NCBI GenBank assembly: GCA_016748015.1
Contig: JAAOMT010000328.1
Location: forward strand, 124,001 to 188,000
Reading direction: 5' to 3'
DNA from: Geosiphon pyriformis uo1
Lineage: Eukaryota; Fungi; Glomeromycota
Length of the DNA stretch: 64,000 nucleotides
Part shown: positions 28,583 through 40,378 of the stretch, one piece after another
How the letters are laid out: every line of letters begins with the position of its first letter
How positions within the stretch are numbered: the first letter of the stretch is position 1
The notes under the pieces: model-generated
Told to the model about the DNA's origin: nothing
Databases searched by the model: none
The model's input: the letters and a program-made list of their open reading frames with translations, nothing else
Position numbers and translations under genes: made by a program

Positions 28583-30568
28583 GGTTTCCTTTCTCATGTA
28601 AATGATAATTTCAAACTATTTATTTATTTATTTATTAACAATTTGATTATCACAAAAATTCAGAAACAAACAAAATGGGTTCTAAAACCAATGTACTTGG
28701 CCCGATTGAATTCAAAACCATTTTTCAAAGAAAATTATGACGCTCTCATCGTTAAACTTTCCCGTCTTTATGATATTGTTCGAACCCGTGGTAACCCTGT
28801 CAAAGGAAACTCCGCGGCTGGTGGACAACAGCAAAATTTTGTGCGTAATACCAGAAAATATTGGGTTCATCAGGATAATATAACTGAGCTCAAACTTTTA
28901 ATTCTCCAACATCTTCCTGTCCTCGTGTTCAATCCCAACAAAGAATTTGAGCCTGCTGATTCAGCTATTTCCTCCATATATTTTGATAATGAGGATTTTG
29001 AGTTGTATCTCGGTCGTTTAGAAAAAACTGAGGGTGCTGAAGCATTACGTTTACGATGGTATGGTGATATAGATGAACGGGTAATTTTTGTCGAAAGGAA
29101 AACTCATAGGGAAGATTGGACTGGTGAGAAATCGGTCAAAGCAAGATTCGCCATCAAAGAGAAATATGTGAATAAATATCTTCGTGGAGAGTATACAATG
29201 GACAAAGCATTTGAAAAATTAAAAATCAAGAAGGGAAAAGGTGATACAGAAATTGAAAGTCTAAAAAGACTGGCTAACGAGGTTCAATATACGGTGATTA
29301 CAAAAAAATTAAAACCAGGTGATTTAATTATTTCTAATTCCGGCAAAGATAAAATTTTAAGTTAATATATATATATATATCTGATATTTTTCTTTAACAC
29401 TGGTAATTAGTTCTCCGTACTTTTTATAATCGTACTGCCTTTCAGCTTCCTGGTGACGCCCGTGTACGCATATCACTTGATACTGAACTTACCATGATTC
29501 GAGAAGATAATTTCGAGAATATACCGAATAACCGCTCAGGGAAAAATTGGCGGAGAATGGATATTGGTATTGACTACCCGTTTGACAAGTTGCCCCAGAG
29601 TGATATCTCAAGATTTCCTTATGCGGTATTAGAAGTTAAATTACAAACTCAATCAGGTCAAGATCCACCACAATGGGTTCAGGAATTGAAAGATAGCCAT
29701 TTAGTACGTTTGAATAAGGACTATATTCCTCTTAAGGAATTATTTGATTTTTTAAATTTCTTCTTTCTATATTGATTTTCTTTGCGATATTATATAGGTT
29801 GAAGAAGTCCACAAATTTTCAAAGTTCATTCATGGCGTTGCTACCCTAATGGAAAATCATCGAATTCAACTCTTGCCATTCTGGTTAGCACAGATGGATG
29901 TGGATATAAGAAAACCACCTAGCAGATTCCGAATTCAGCGCCCAGGTTCTACCATTAGTGAAGGGAATACTACACCGGCTTTGGAAACCTCCAAGCGTCT
30001 TGGTGATGATGATTATGGTGATGGAAAAATTGAAGTTTTAGTCAAAAAAACTGATGATGAACCAAACGAGGGAACTCCTTTGTTAACAAGTCGACACAGT
30101 TATGACCGTTATAAATCTGTACCATCCTATCAAGCTGGTGGTGGTGGTGGTGGAACCTCATCGCGTTCAGCACTTATTCAAGACCCTTCATCTTCATCGA
30201 CCTCAGCGATACCTTCTCAGTTTCACGGTAAACGTGTTGCAGTGCCTGTACGCATAGAACCCAAAGTGTTTTTCGCTAACGAAAGAACTTTTCTCTCGTG
30301 GTTGAATTTTACCGTGATACTTGGAGGGCTGGCAGTTGGTTTGCTAAATTTTGGCGATAAGATTGGGCGAATTGCAGCTGCCATGTTTACCACTATATCT
30401 CTAATGGTCATGATTTACTCATTGTGGACTTATCATTGGCGTGCTCAGAAAATTCGCAAACGAGAACCTGGTCCATATGACGATCGGTTCGGACCCACCT
30501 TCCTCTGTGGAATATTACTACTTGCTATAATTATCAACTTCTTTTTGCGGTTTGAGGAAGGTTTTTAA
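28139..30568 (+). CDS. VTC4: Vacuolar transporter chaperone 4 / polyphosphate polymerase, 4 exons (28139-28525, 28664-29318, 29411-29703, 29798-30568), 701 aa
   Basis: SPX domain (MKFG...YDDLK...[15 protein letters not shown]). TTM catalytic domain ([62 protein letters not shown]). C-terminal three-TM domain ([15 protein letters not shown]). The spliced frame is 2106 nt. Confidence 0.97.
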
Positions 30569-32234
30569 TCCATTGAAAAAAAAAAAAAAGACGTGCAAAC
30601 AAACACCCACCACCCAAGAAACATTTCCGTCATGTAAAATTTAAAATCTATAATTATATGAAAAATGGAGGAGAATTTAGCAGGAAAGTTTTTCTCTAAA
30701 TAAAAATGTAATAGGGCTCAGGAGGAATTGAGTAAATTCTGTCTTTTTGTACAATTATTAAATAAAAAAACTTTTTCTTATGTGATTCTTTCTTCTACAT
30801 TTTGATTTCAATCTTATTGAAAATTCAATTAGACGAGCGGGCAGTTTAAACCAAATTTCCAATTAGAATAACTCTGCTAATAATTATGTTAATTTTAAAA
30901 AATAATCTAAAAAATAAAATTAAAAATATATTAATTGTTAACTATTTAATTAATTATTGTTTATAATACTTAACAAGGTTTTTTAATAATTAATATATAT
31001 ATATCTAAATTAAATTATTTAAAATGCAAAATACGTTTAAAATTTGTTAATCATTTAATAGTTATTGTGTTTAATAATTTATTTTTAAAGAATTAGCCCC
31101 AAAATATTAAAAATCAAAACCAAAACCGAAATTGTAAATGTTTTTTTTTATTATTATTATTGGTTTAACGAGTGAGGTCTAATACAATACATCAAACTAA
31201 GTGATCTAAACTAGGTGTGAATCATGCGTTTGCTACACGTGACCAGCCACTCAAGCCGATCAGAACAACACTACTCTCCTATACAGACAAAAACACTTCT
31301 GTCAATACTAGAAATAAAAGGACACAAAACACGTGTGCCAAAGCTAATACCCAAAGTCTTTGCAATATTAAGCAATTTAATTACACTTCTTAACAGTGCA
31401 CTCAAAAAACCACCAACAAAAAAAAACATTAAACTATTTAATAAAATTAAACTTTTTTTTTTCATAACCACCTGATGTTTAGAATAAATGAGCCAAATCC
31501 CATTTTTGAATGCCAAATTCAAACTGTGTATAAAACCCACAATTTTATCAATAGCAATTTTAAGATCTCTAAAAACAAAAAAAGATTTCAAATACTAAGC
31601 TCTAAAAACAAAATTTTTATATAAAACAATATATATTGTAATATTTAATAAACAAAAAAACAAAGATTAAGACATATAAAATAACAAACCAGAAATAGAT
31701 TTTTATATAGTGATTTAAAAAACCAACAAAATATAATAAGCAGTGAAATTTATTGAACACAAAAATAAATAATCAGAAAATTTAATATTATTACAAAAAA
31801 ATATAAAATATTATAATAGTATCTGTTATATAGATGTTTACAAACAGCCACAAATAATTGATAATAAAAAACTTTTATAAAATAAAAGCAAATACCAATA
31901 GTGACTTAACTTGTATATTTAATTACTATATAAAAATCCAAATATTATACTTGTAAAAAATCAATTTAATTTACATTTTTAATTAAATTTTAATTTAAAA
32001 CTTTAATATTATAATTGGTTTTATAATATACATAATTGATTATTTGAAAAATTTTATAAACAAAACACTTTGTATTTTTAAACATATAAAAAAAAAAACT
32101 TCTTTCTCTTCTTCGTCCAAAATTCCCAAAAAAGAGTCAAAAGTTTTTTCAAAAGAAGTTTTTTTACCATTTAGTATGATAAATCAAAACTGTTCTTCAA
32201 TTATGAGGCCACTGTTGGCTCTGTTATTGCTGTT

Positions 32235-34030
32235 ATGAAAAAGACTATTAAAGTTTCTGGTTCTGAGAGTGGTTTCAAAATGGTTGTGTCAAGAAAAAAG
32301 AGGAAGGAAGATGTATTGGCAGAGGGTATTGATAATAAAAAGGTTGCTGCTAAAGCTCTTAGTGCTCATTCATGGGGTTCTGAAACAGGTGACACTACTG
32401 AGTCTGAGAGTATTGACATGGAGAAGGAGTGCTTGGTTGAAGAAATCAGTATTGACTATGGTGAAAGTGGTGCTTTCATAGAAGGGGATCCTAATTAGAT
32501 GCCAAAGGGTTTACATATAAAAACCAAAAAAGTGTTAGAGAAACCTCTGAGTGTAATTGATTATAATACTGTCAATACAGATGATGACGTATTAGACAAT
32601 TTCTCTCTTCTTCCGCCCTCTCTATCTATTAAACTGACCATTCAAGTGCCTGTTCGCAAATTCTTTGCTTTAGATATTAATCTTGTGGTCATCACTAGGA
32701 AGTCCTCTTAGGAAAAATTAAGTTTTATCAAGAAAATTTTTTCAAGTGTGAATGGTTTTGGGAGGGCTTCTACTCCCTCAAAATTTGTGGAATTATTCGT
32801 GCAACTTTTACTTTGGAAAAGGCAATGATGGCTGCTGGAAAATTGGCAAATGATCATGGTGTTGTGGTAAACACCAATCTTAAGCGTCTTTTAAACAACC
32901 ATACAGATTGGGCAATTGTGATGAAAGAAATTCCTGTGGAAACTTCCGTGAAGACTATGTGCACTGCCGTGTTTGAGTTTGGATTGATTAAGTTAATCAA
33001 GATGCAACTTGTGAGTCTGTAACAAAAAGTGATTGTCAAATTAGAAGATCAGAATCAGGCTGATCTCTTGGCATCCAAATGGTCTATCCTCATTGGAAAG
33101 GATGCAGTACGTGTGACCAAGACCAATGTTGACAAACAGATGTGAGATTCTAGAGACGAATTCAGGGTGCTGCTATACACTCTTCCTGTAGGGACAAATG
33201 CTCATGACCTTTGGAATTTCATTGGTTTGGTTGGTAGGAAAACATGTGTTATTGATTGTAATCTTATTAGCTATGTCTGTGCTCGCTGTGCTACTGTTTG
33301 CTTTGGGTTTGAATCTGATCTGGTTAGTGCGATGGCTGCAACTCCAGTTATAAAGAGAATTGGCCTTCACTGGTCCCGTCTCTCTTTGGCACTGTACTCA
33401 GTCTGCAGTCTTTCTGGTCATACATCTCTCAATTGTGTTTTGGTTAAAGTTGGTTCAACCCTAAGAGACAGAAAAGCACCTCTTTCTACTCAGGATCAGG
33501 TCAGATTGGTGACTATCTACACTTGGAAATCTGTGCCCATTTCTTGTTCATTGGTCTTCAATGATAAGACTTGGGCATTGGTTGTTGGTGCTCCTCCGGT
33601 GCACAATTCTCATGGTGCTGGTTCGTTTCTTGGTTCTGACAATGTTGGTAAACCTCTCCCTTCTGCTGCAGATGATTTGGAAAAATGTTTGGTTTGCATT
33701 GAAAGCAGTCTTGTCAGCTTTGCAGAACAAATTGGTGAGTTGGCTAAGAGGTTGGAATCATTCATGCTGGCAGTTTCTCAGCCTAGCCCTGGATGTCAGC
33801 TGCCGGTGACCCTCCCATCACAAAATCAAGAGAAGGATATAGTGATGGGAGTGGGTTCGGATAATGCCACTAGTGACAAGACTGCTGCCATTCTGGGTTC
33901 AACTGCCTTATCTGAGGTTGTGAAATTGGAAAACATGTTGGAAGGTCTTTCTGTTTCGGTTATGATCCTTTCAGCATGCTTGGATGATTTGGCTTTGGCA
34001 AGTGGTGCTCTTCCTTTACCTCTTTCTTAA
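32235..34030 (+). pseudogene. LINE D ORF1 (RRM-like repeats, degenerate CCHC, coiled coil)
   Basis: MKKTIKVSGSESGF..., KEIPV, LLYTLP.GTNAHDLW, CSLSGHTSLNC; contains stops and a frameshift. Confidence 0.88.
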
Positions 34031-37000
34031 TGAATAGTCTAATATAGAAAATTGCTATGTGTAATGTTCATGAGTTGAACAATCCTGCGAAGCAAGATGA
34101 TGTCATTCGTTGGCACAAGAATATGAACAATTTGGTTTCTATTTTTACAGAATCGAAACTTAAAGGGAAAGTTCGCCCATGATTGGCCAACAAATTTGAT
34201 GGTGTTCGGGTTTTTACTTCTGGTCTGGATTCTGGTTCTTTAGGTGCTGAGATGTTAATTGTTGTGAATTCTTCTTTGGCAAAACATGTCTGCAAGGTTT
34301 TTGAGGTGCCTAGTTGGCTCTTATCTATCAAGTTTCTTTTCAGAAATAAACTTTCAGTGTCTATTTTGGAACTCTATGTTGGTGCTTCATCAGTGGTTTG
34401 GTTTTTTCAGGCTGGTGAGATCAACTTTTTCATTGCTAAAGCCATTAATAAGTCTTCTTTTGTTATTCTTGGTGGTGACTTTAATGAGAATGGTTTGCAC
34501 AAATGTGCCAGTTTCAAAAAGTGTTTTGATTTGGATTTGATTAACTCTCTAGGGGGGAGCTCTTTTGTGAAGTCACCTACTTGGTGCAATTCTCATGGTA
34601 TCACTAAGACAATTGACTACATGTTTGTTTCTTCTAATTTGGTTGGTATGGTGGTGGATCGTGGTGTGGATGACATTGAGAACTATTTTAATACTGATCA
34701 CAAGACTGTTTATGTTTCTGTGGGTTTGAGTGGCCTGCTCAATGTCCAATTGAACTCACTGCACAAACAAGCTAATAGAAATTGTTGGAAGTATAATATC
34801 AAAAATGCCAGTAAGATTAAGTGGTCAAAATTCAGGAATGCTACGGCTGCTAATGCTGTTATGTTCTCAAATGAGTTTGTTGCAGCTAAGCAGTTTTCTA
34901 ATCTGGATGCAATATGAGACATTGTTCATAAGGTTATGGTTCTTTTGGCTGGTGAAACATTCAAGAAAAAATGGTTTAAGGGTTTCGATTGTGTTTTTAA
35001 TAAGATATCTTTCCAGTTTTATAAACTGGAGCTACTTGTGTCTAAACTGGTGAAGGCTTTTTGGTTGGTTTCTAATGGGGATTTTGCCTTGTTGTTGGAT
35101 ACTTGGAACAGGCTTGATTCTGTAGGCACTTCATCAGTAAAATCTCTGTTTTTTTTTGGCGCTGGTTTTGATACGATCCATTCTGGGCTGGCTAAGGTGA
35201 AAAAGTCTTACTGCTCTTCTAAGTTATTGGAATCTAAGCATGCTGAAGAATCTTGTATAAGGCAGACTATTGAGAGGAGAATGAAGAGTTTTGAGGTGGA
35301 TAAGGGTCACATCATTAGAAGTGTTTTGGAGCATCCTTTTCATAAAGTAGTGTTGGATTATTTGGTAAATGGTGAGAAGTTGGTCTTGGAGTCTGATTTG
35401 GTTAAATCTAAGGTAGATGGAATCATAGAGAGTTGGACTAGAAAACATGTGGTGGCTTCTGATATCTCTGGTGATTGGACAAGGCAATTTTGGCCTTTGG
35501 ATCATGTCTTCAATGGTGCCTTCTCTGATGTAATACATTCAATTGGTTTTGATGAGATGTTTAGTGTTATTTTAAATTTGCCCAATAGGAAAGCGGCTGG
35601 TCTTTTTGGTATCACTAATGAACTTTGGAAACACTGTGACAAATCAGTCTTGGATATGCTTTTGGTGTTCTTAAATTTTTGTTTGGATTGTGAGTCAGTG
35701 CTTAGACCTTAAAGGGAAGCCTGGGTCTTGATGATTTCTAAACCTTACAAGTAGAAGAGGGTTCTTACAAATATTTGTCCTATTGCTTTAATTGAGACAG
35801 CTCATAAAGTCTTTTCTAAGATTCTTTCAGATTGGATCTCTCTGGCTTGTAGCACTTTTGATGTCCTCTGTGGGGACAATTTCTCTGTTCTGAAAGATAC
35901 GTCTACTCAATTGCCTATCTTTACTATTGGTTTAGTGATCGAAGATGCTTTGGAAAAGAACCAAGAGTTGTGGCTGGTTTTATAGGATATGTGTAAAGCT
36001 TATGATTCTGTTGGTTGGGAGCATCTCAAAAGAAGTTTGATCAGGGTCAAAATGTGTGACAAATTTATCAGGTTTTTTGGTAGCATTCATAATAGTCGCA
36101 CTAACAGAGTGATGACAGATTTTGGTTTGACTGATGGATATCATGTTCACAATGGATTGGATCAGGGGGAGGTTTTTTTGCCACTTCTCTGGCACATATT
36201 TTATGACTCGCTTTTGTGTGAGGTTAAGAGACAGGAAAGCATTTGTGGTTACAGGTTGATTTTTCATTTCATTTCTAAGACTGGCTGGGTGAAATCTCAA
36301 GCTGGGCTGACATTGTTTCTGGCCGTTGGTGCTTTTGTTGATGATACTATCTGGGTCAGCAACAGCCAGGCTGCTACACAATACATCCTCAATATTACTA
36401 GTGATTTCTTTCATTTAAATGACATTTCAATAAACAATAACAAGACTGTAGCCATTCTTATCAACTATTGGGTCACTGCTTTTTACCTAACTATCAGTGA
36501 TATGCCAATTTTCATCACTGAAAAAGGTAAATCTTATTATTATCTGGGGATTTTTTTATCTTCTGAAGGTCTTTCGAAGCTTAGCTTGGTTAAAGCACAT
36601 TTGGATGTTCAGTTTTTCATCAATCTCATTCTGAGAAAAGTTATTTCAGATAAACAGTTTGCTTATTTGGTGTCTTCAGTTCTCTTTTCTATCATCAGCT
36701 ACAAAACTCAGTTCAGTTTTATTCCTTTCAGTGTGTGTAATAAATGGGATGCTTTGATTCACAAGGGCCTGAAGTCCAAATCTGGGCTGCCTCTGGACTT
36801 TCCCAATAATGCGTTTTATCATTCTTCCTTGTACAATTTAAAAACTTTTGAGCAGATTTAGGCTGAGAGCAAATCGGCTTCTGTTATTGCTTTTGCAAAT
36901 TCGGTTGGTGTTTTGGGTTGTTTGTTTTCTCATAGGTCTCATGATCTCCAGGTTCTCAGCTGGTGTCCTCGTCACCCTTTGTTGTTTCTTGTTTGTGTTA

Positions 37001-38718
37001 GAGTCAGCCCTTCAAACAACTTTTTGGTAGATGTGGTTCATATTTTTTCTGGATTTGATTTGTCTTTGGGTGGCTCTCTGGCCAGTGCTTTTCGTCTTTG
37101 GAGTGGTACTCCTATGTCCCTAGTTCTTGGCAAGATGATTTTTTTCAAATGTGTCTCTTCCTTTAGGCATTATGGTATAGCTTTCATAGAACAGCTTTGT
37201 GACCAGAATGGCATTGTTTTTGATTGAAAGACTTTCAAGCATTGGAAAAGACTGAATTCTCATGGCCTGGTCCCCTCCTGGTTTGATCTCTCTGTACATT
37301 TTCTTGGTGGTGTGGCTTTTCCTTCTGGTCATTCTCCTTATGAGGGTTTTTGTGGCTTTTCTAACATCTGTCAGTCTCTTGGTTTTAGTGTTATTTGTAA
37401 TAATCTGTTGAATGTTGGTGCCATCCACCTCTCTGTATATACAGATAGATCTCTGAGTAACTTGGACACTATTAACATGTTGACTGATGCTGCAGTTTTC
37501 TTTGAGGACATTGATTCGGGTCTGGGTGTGGGGATTTCTGGTTTGGTTTCTTCTACTTTGGCGAAGTTGTAGGCTGTTGCTTTAGCTCTTAAGTGTGTTC
37601 CTTCTTTTTGTTCAGTTGACTTGTTCTTGGACAGCCAGATGGCTTTAGATGCTTGCAGGTTGGAGTTTTTATTGGTTGGCACTGATTTCAGAAATCATTG
37701 TTGGATTGAGCATCATCACATTGCCAATGTCATTTGTCACAAAAATTTGGATGTTAATTGGATTAAGGCTAAGAGCTATTTGGGTGTTTTAGACAACGAG
37801 CGGGCTGATGCACTTGTTAAGAATGCTGCCCTTTCTGCCTGGCACCTGTTCCACTTGGTTAGTGAGAGGTTTTTGAAGGTTAGTGTTAATACAGTTTCTG
37901 GTAATTCAAGGCATTTTGTTCATGACATATTCAGGTCTATCAATCACACACATTAGGAGGTTGGTTCTGGTTCTTGGGTTGTTCCAGATTGTCTGCGTAC
38001 TGATATTGACTGGTTGAGGTTCTCTCTGGTGTGGCATCCGAATTCTCACATGGCGACTGGTTTTACTAGTATTCGGATGGCTGGCTTTCATACATATTTC
38101 ATGAAAGCCCTTCATTATCACCTTTCTGTTGCTGTGCGAAAGCGTCTGTATGATAGGGGTTATCCCAGTATAGTTTGTTTGTTTTGTGGCAAGGTTAAAG
38201 TTTCAGACCATGTCTTTTCTTGCTCTTCTAACACTGATAGTCGCACTGGTTTGTTGGACACTTATGCAGCTGCCTGAAAGGTACATTCTGGTCTGTCTTG
38301 TTCTTTTTCGTGCATATCGCAGTTGTTGTTGACTTGCATTTCAGATGTGACTGTCAGTACGGCTCTGTGTAAGGGCTTTGTTTTTGGCAATTGGTATCAC
38401 GAATCTGTTTCTGTTTACAAGAATCCTAAGGTGGCAGTAGTCAATGTTGTGAATTTTGTATATGAGTTTTGTTTTGCATTTCATGATAATATCTGGCTGG
38501 TCCATGTGAAACACTGGGCCATTATGGAAAAGAATAAGTTGATTCCACATGATGGTTCTATTTCTGTCACTGTTTCTGGTTTTTCTATGCGGCTTTTGGC
38601 TGGAATGATTAGGTTGTTGGGTGTTGCTGATGCACTTGGCATCAGTTTTGGGTATTGTAAGCATTGTTTGTTTTATGCAGGTGTTGGTGACCTGGTTTCT
38701 GTTCATATAAGTGCATAG
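34030..38718 (+). pseudogene. LINE D ORF2 (APE-RT-RNase H-zinc finger)
   Basis: LGGDFNE, PTWCN, TIDY, TDH; DMCKAYDSV, QG, AFVDDTIW; VYTD, DSQ, NERAD; CLFC...DHVFSC. Confidence 0.93.
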
Positions 38719-39499
38719 TGTTGTTCTGACTGGTCTGAGTATCTGGTCACATGTAGCAAAGGCATAATTTGCACCTAGTTTAGATCATTTGTATGATGTA
38801 TAGCACTAGATGGCGTTTGGACTCCATTCATTAAACTTTAATAAAAAAAAAAAAAAAAACATATACATACTATTAACTTTTAAAAACTTTTTTTAAATAA
38901 CAACCAATAAAACTAAATTTGAAAATAATGTAATATTTGTTAATATATTAGTTTTATTATTACCAAAAACACCAAAATGATTTTTAATTTAAGACCAAAC
39001 ACACACAAATTTTTTTTACTAATTATTTTTGCAATATAATAATTTTTTATTCAATAATGGTTACAAAAATTAAGTAATACCAAGACCAATTTCAATAAAC
39101 AAGTATCTAAAACTATTTAACTATTTAAAAAAACTATAATTATATAAAATAAGAAAACACATTTTAAAACCAATACAATAATTTGTAATTTAGCCAAAGT
39201 AGATAATATTAGACTAAAAACTTTAATATTAATACTAAGATTTAATTTATTAAAAAATATTGTAGTATTAATCTTTATATTTATTAAATTTAAACTGTTT
39301 AAAAAATTATTAGTGTAAACAAAAACGCAGAAAAAATCAGTTTTTAACAACCTATTATATATTTAATAAAATACCTTAAAACTTAAAACATTTAAAAATT
39401 GAATATCTTCTATAAAAAAAAGAGAAATTTACTAAATTATAAAAGCATTTAAATATGTTACTATCAATAAAAACCATATAAAAACCAGACTATAAGAGT

Positions 39500-40345
39500 T
39501 GTTATTCATAAAAAATAAAAATTATTATAGTTAAAAAAAACAGCCAATAAAAAAATAAGCATAATAAAATAAGAAATTCAAGGATTTCTTTTAAGAAATT
39601 TTAGAATTTCAGAATTTCAGGATTTTTTTTAAAAAATTAAAAGATTTTAAGAATTTTGTATAACAAAATATATATATATATAATAAAAATATTAAAGATA
39701 AAAAAAATGCAAATAAGTAGTTAAAAATACTTATTTCTTTACAGATAGTTATTATTACTTAAAGTAAAATTATATTTATATTAATAAAATACTTATTTAT
39801 TATTTAATTTATGTTATTATTGATTAATTAAAAAAATACTTATTGTGTTTATATTATCAACAACTTATATTAATATAATTTAATATTTAATCACATAGAA
39901 ACAATAATTTTTGATTACAGCTATTAACAAAATATTAATTTCTTATTTATTTTATTTTATTTTTTTTATTTTTTATTTTTTTATTATTATTTTTTTTGTG
40001 GTTTATTAATTAATTAAAGATTTAAGTATTAAAATATTAACATTAAAAATAGTTTGGTAAAAAATCTGTGAAACAAAAATAACAAACTTAGAAAAAAAAA
40101 TAACTTATCAAAAAAACATAATTGTCAGATTAAACTGGCCATTATACTAAAAAAAATTCACAGAAGAAATTATTATTTAAATCTCTATTTATTATACAAA
40201 AAACTCAACCAAAACTTTCAAATACTAAAACTTTCAAAGACTATTAACCACTTTATTAATTATTAAATACCAAGTTATAAGTTTAATATTTATTCTAACA
40301 CCCAAATAATTACTTATAACATTTAGTGTTTTTTGTAAAATATAA
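39500..40345 (+). mobile_element. Eroded 5' LTR of LTR family 2 (39500-40321) plus a degenerate PBS
   Basis: Starts TGTTATTCATAAAA like 60562. Its end (caagttataagtttaatatttattctaacacccaaataattacttataaca) aligns with 61494-61544. It is followed by TTTAGTGTTTTT, matching PBS TTTGGTGCTTTCC after transitions. Confidence 0.7.
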
Positions 40346-40378
40346 TTAAACAAAAAACAAGTACATATTAATTTTAAA

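Larger units (their letters stand above)
32098..38858 (+). mobile_element. LINE copy D, full-length
   Basis: 5' terminus ACTTCTTTCTC, ORF1 at 32235-~34030, ORF2 at 34030-38718, then 3' UTR and poly(A). Confidence 0.95.
31140..39499 (-). mobile_element. LINE copy C (3' part, heavily eroded), split by LINE D into ~31140-32088 and ~38857-39499; cut at 39500 by an LTR
   Basis: 3' UTR at 31160-31270, ORF2 C-terminus at 31271-31591, RNase H remnant at 39117-39350. Possible TSD AAACATATA flanks LINE D. Confidence 0.75.
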
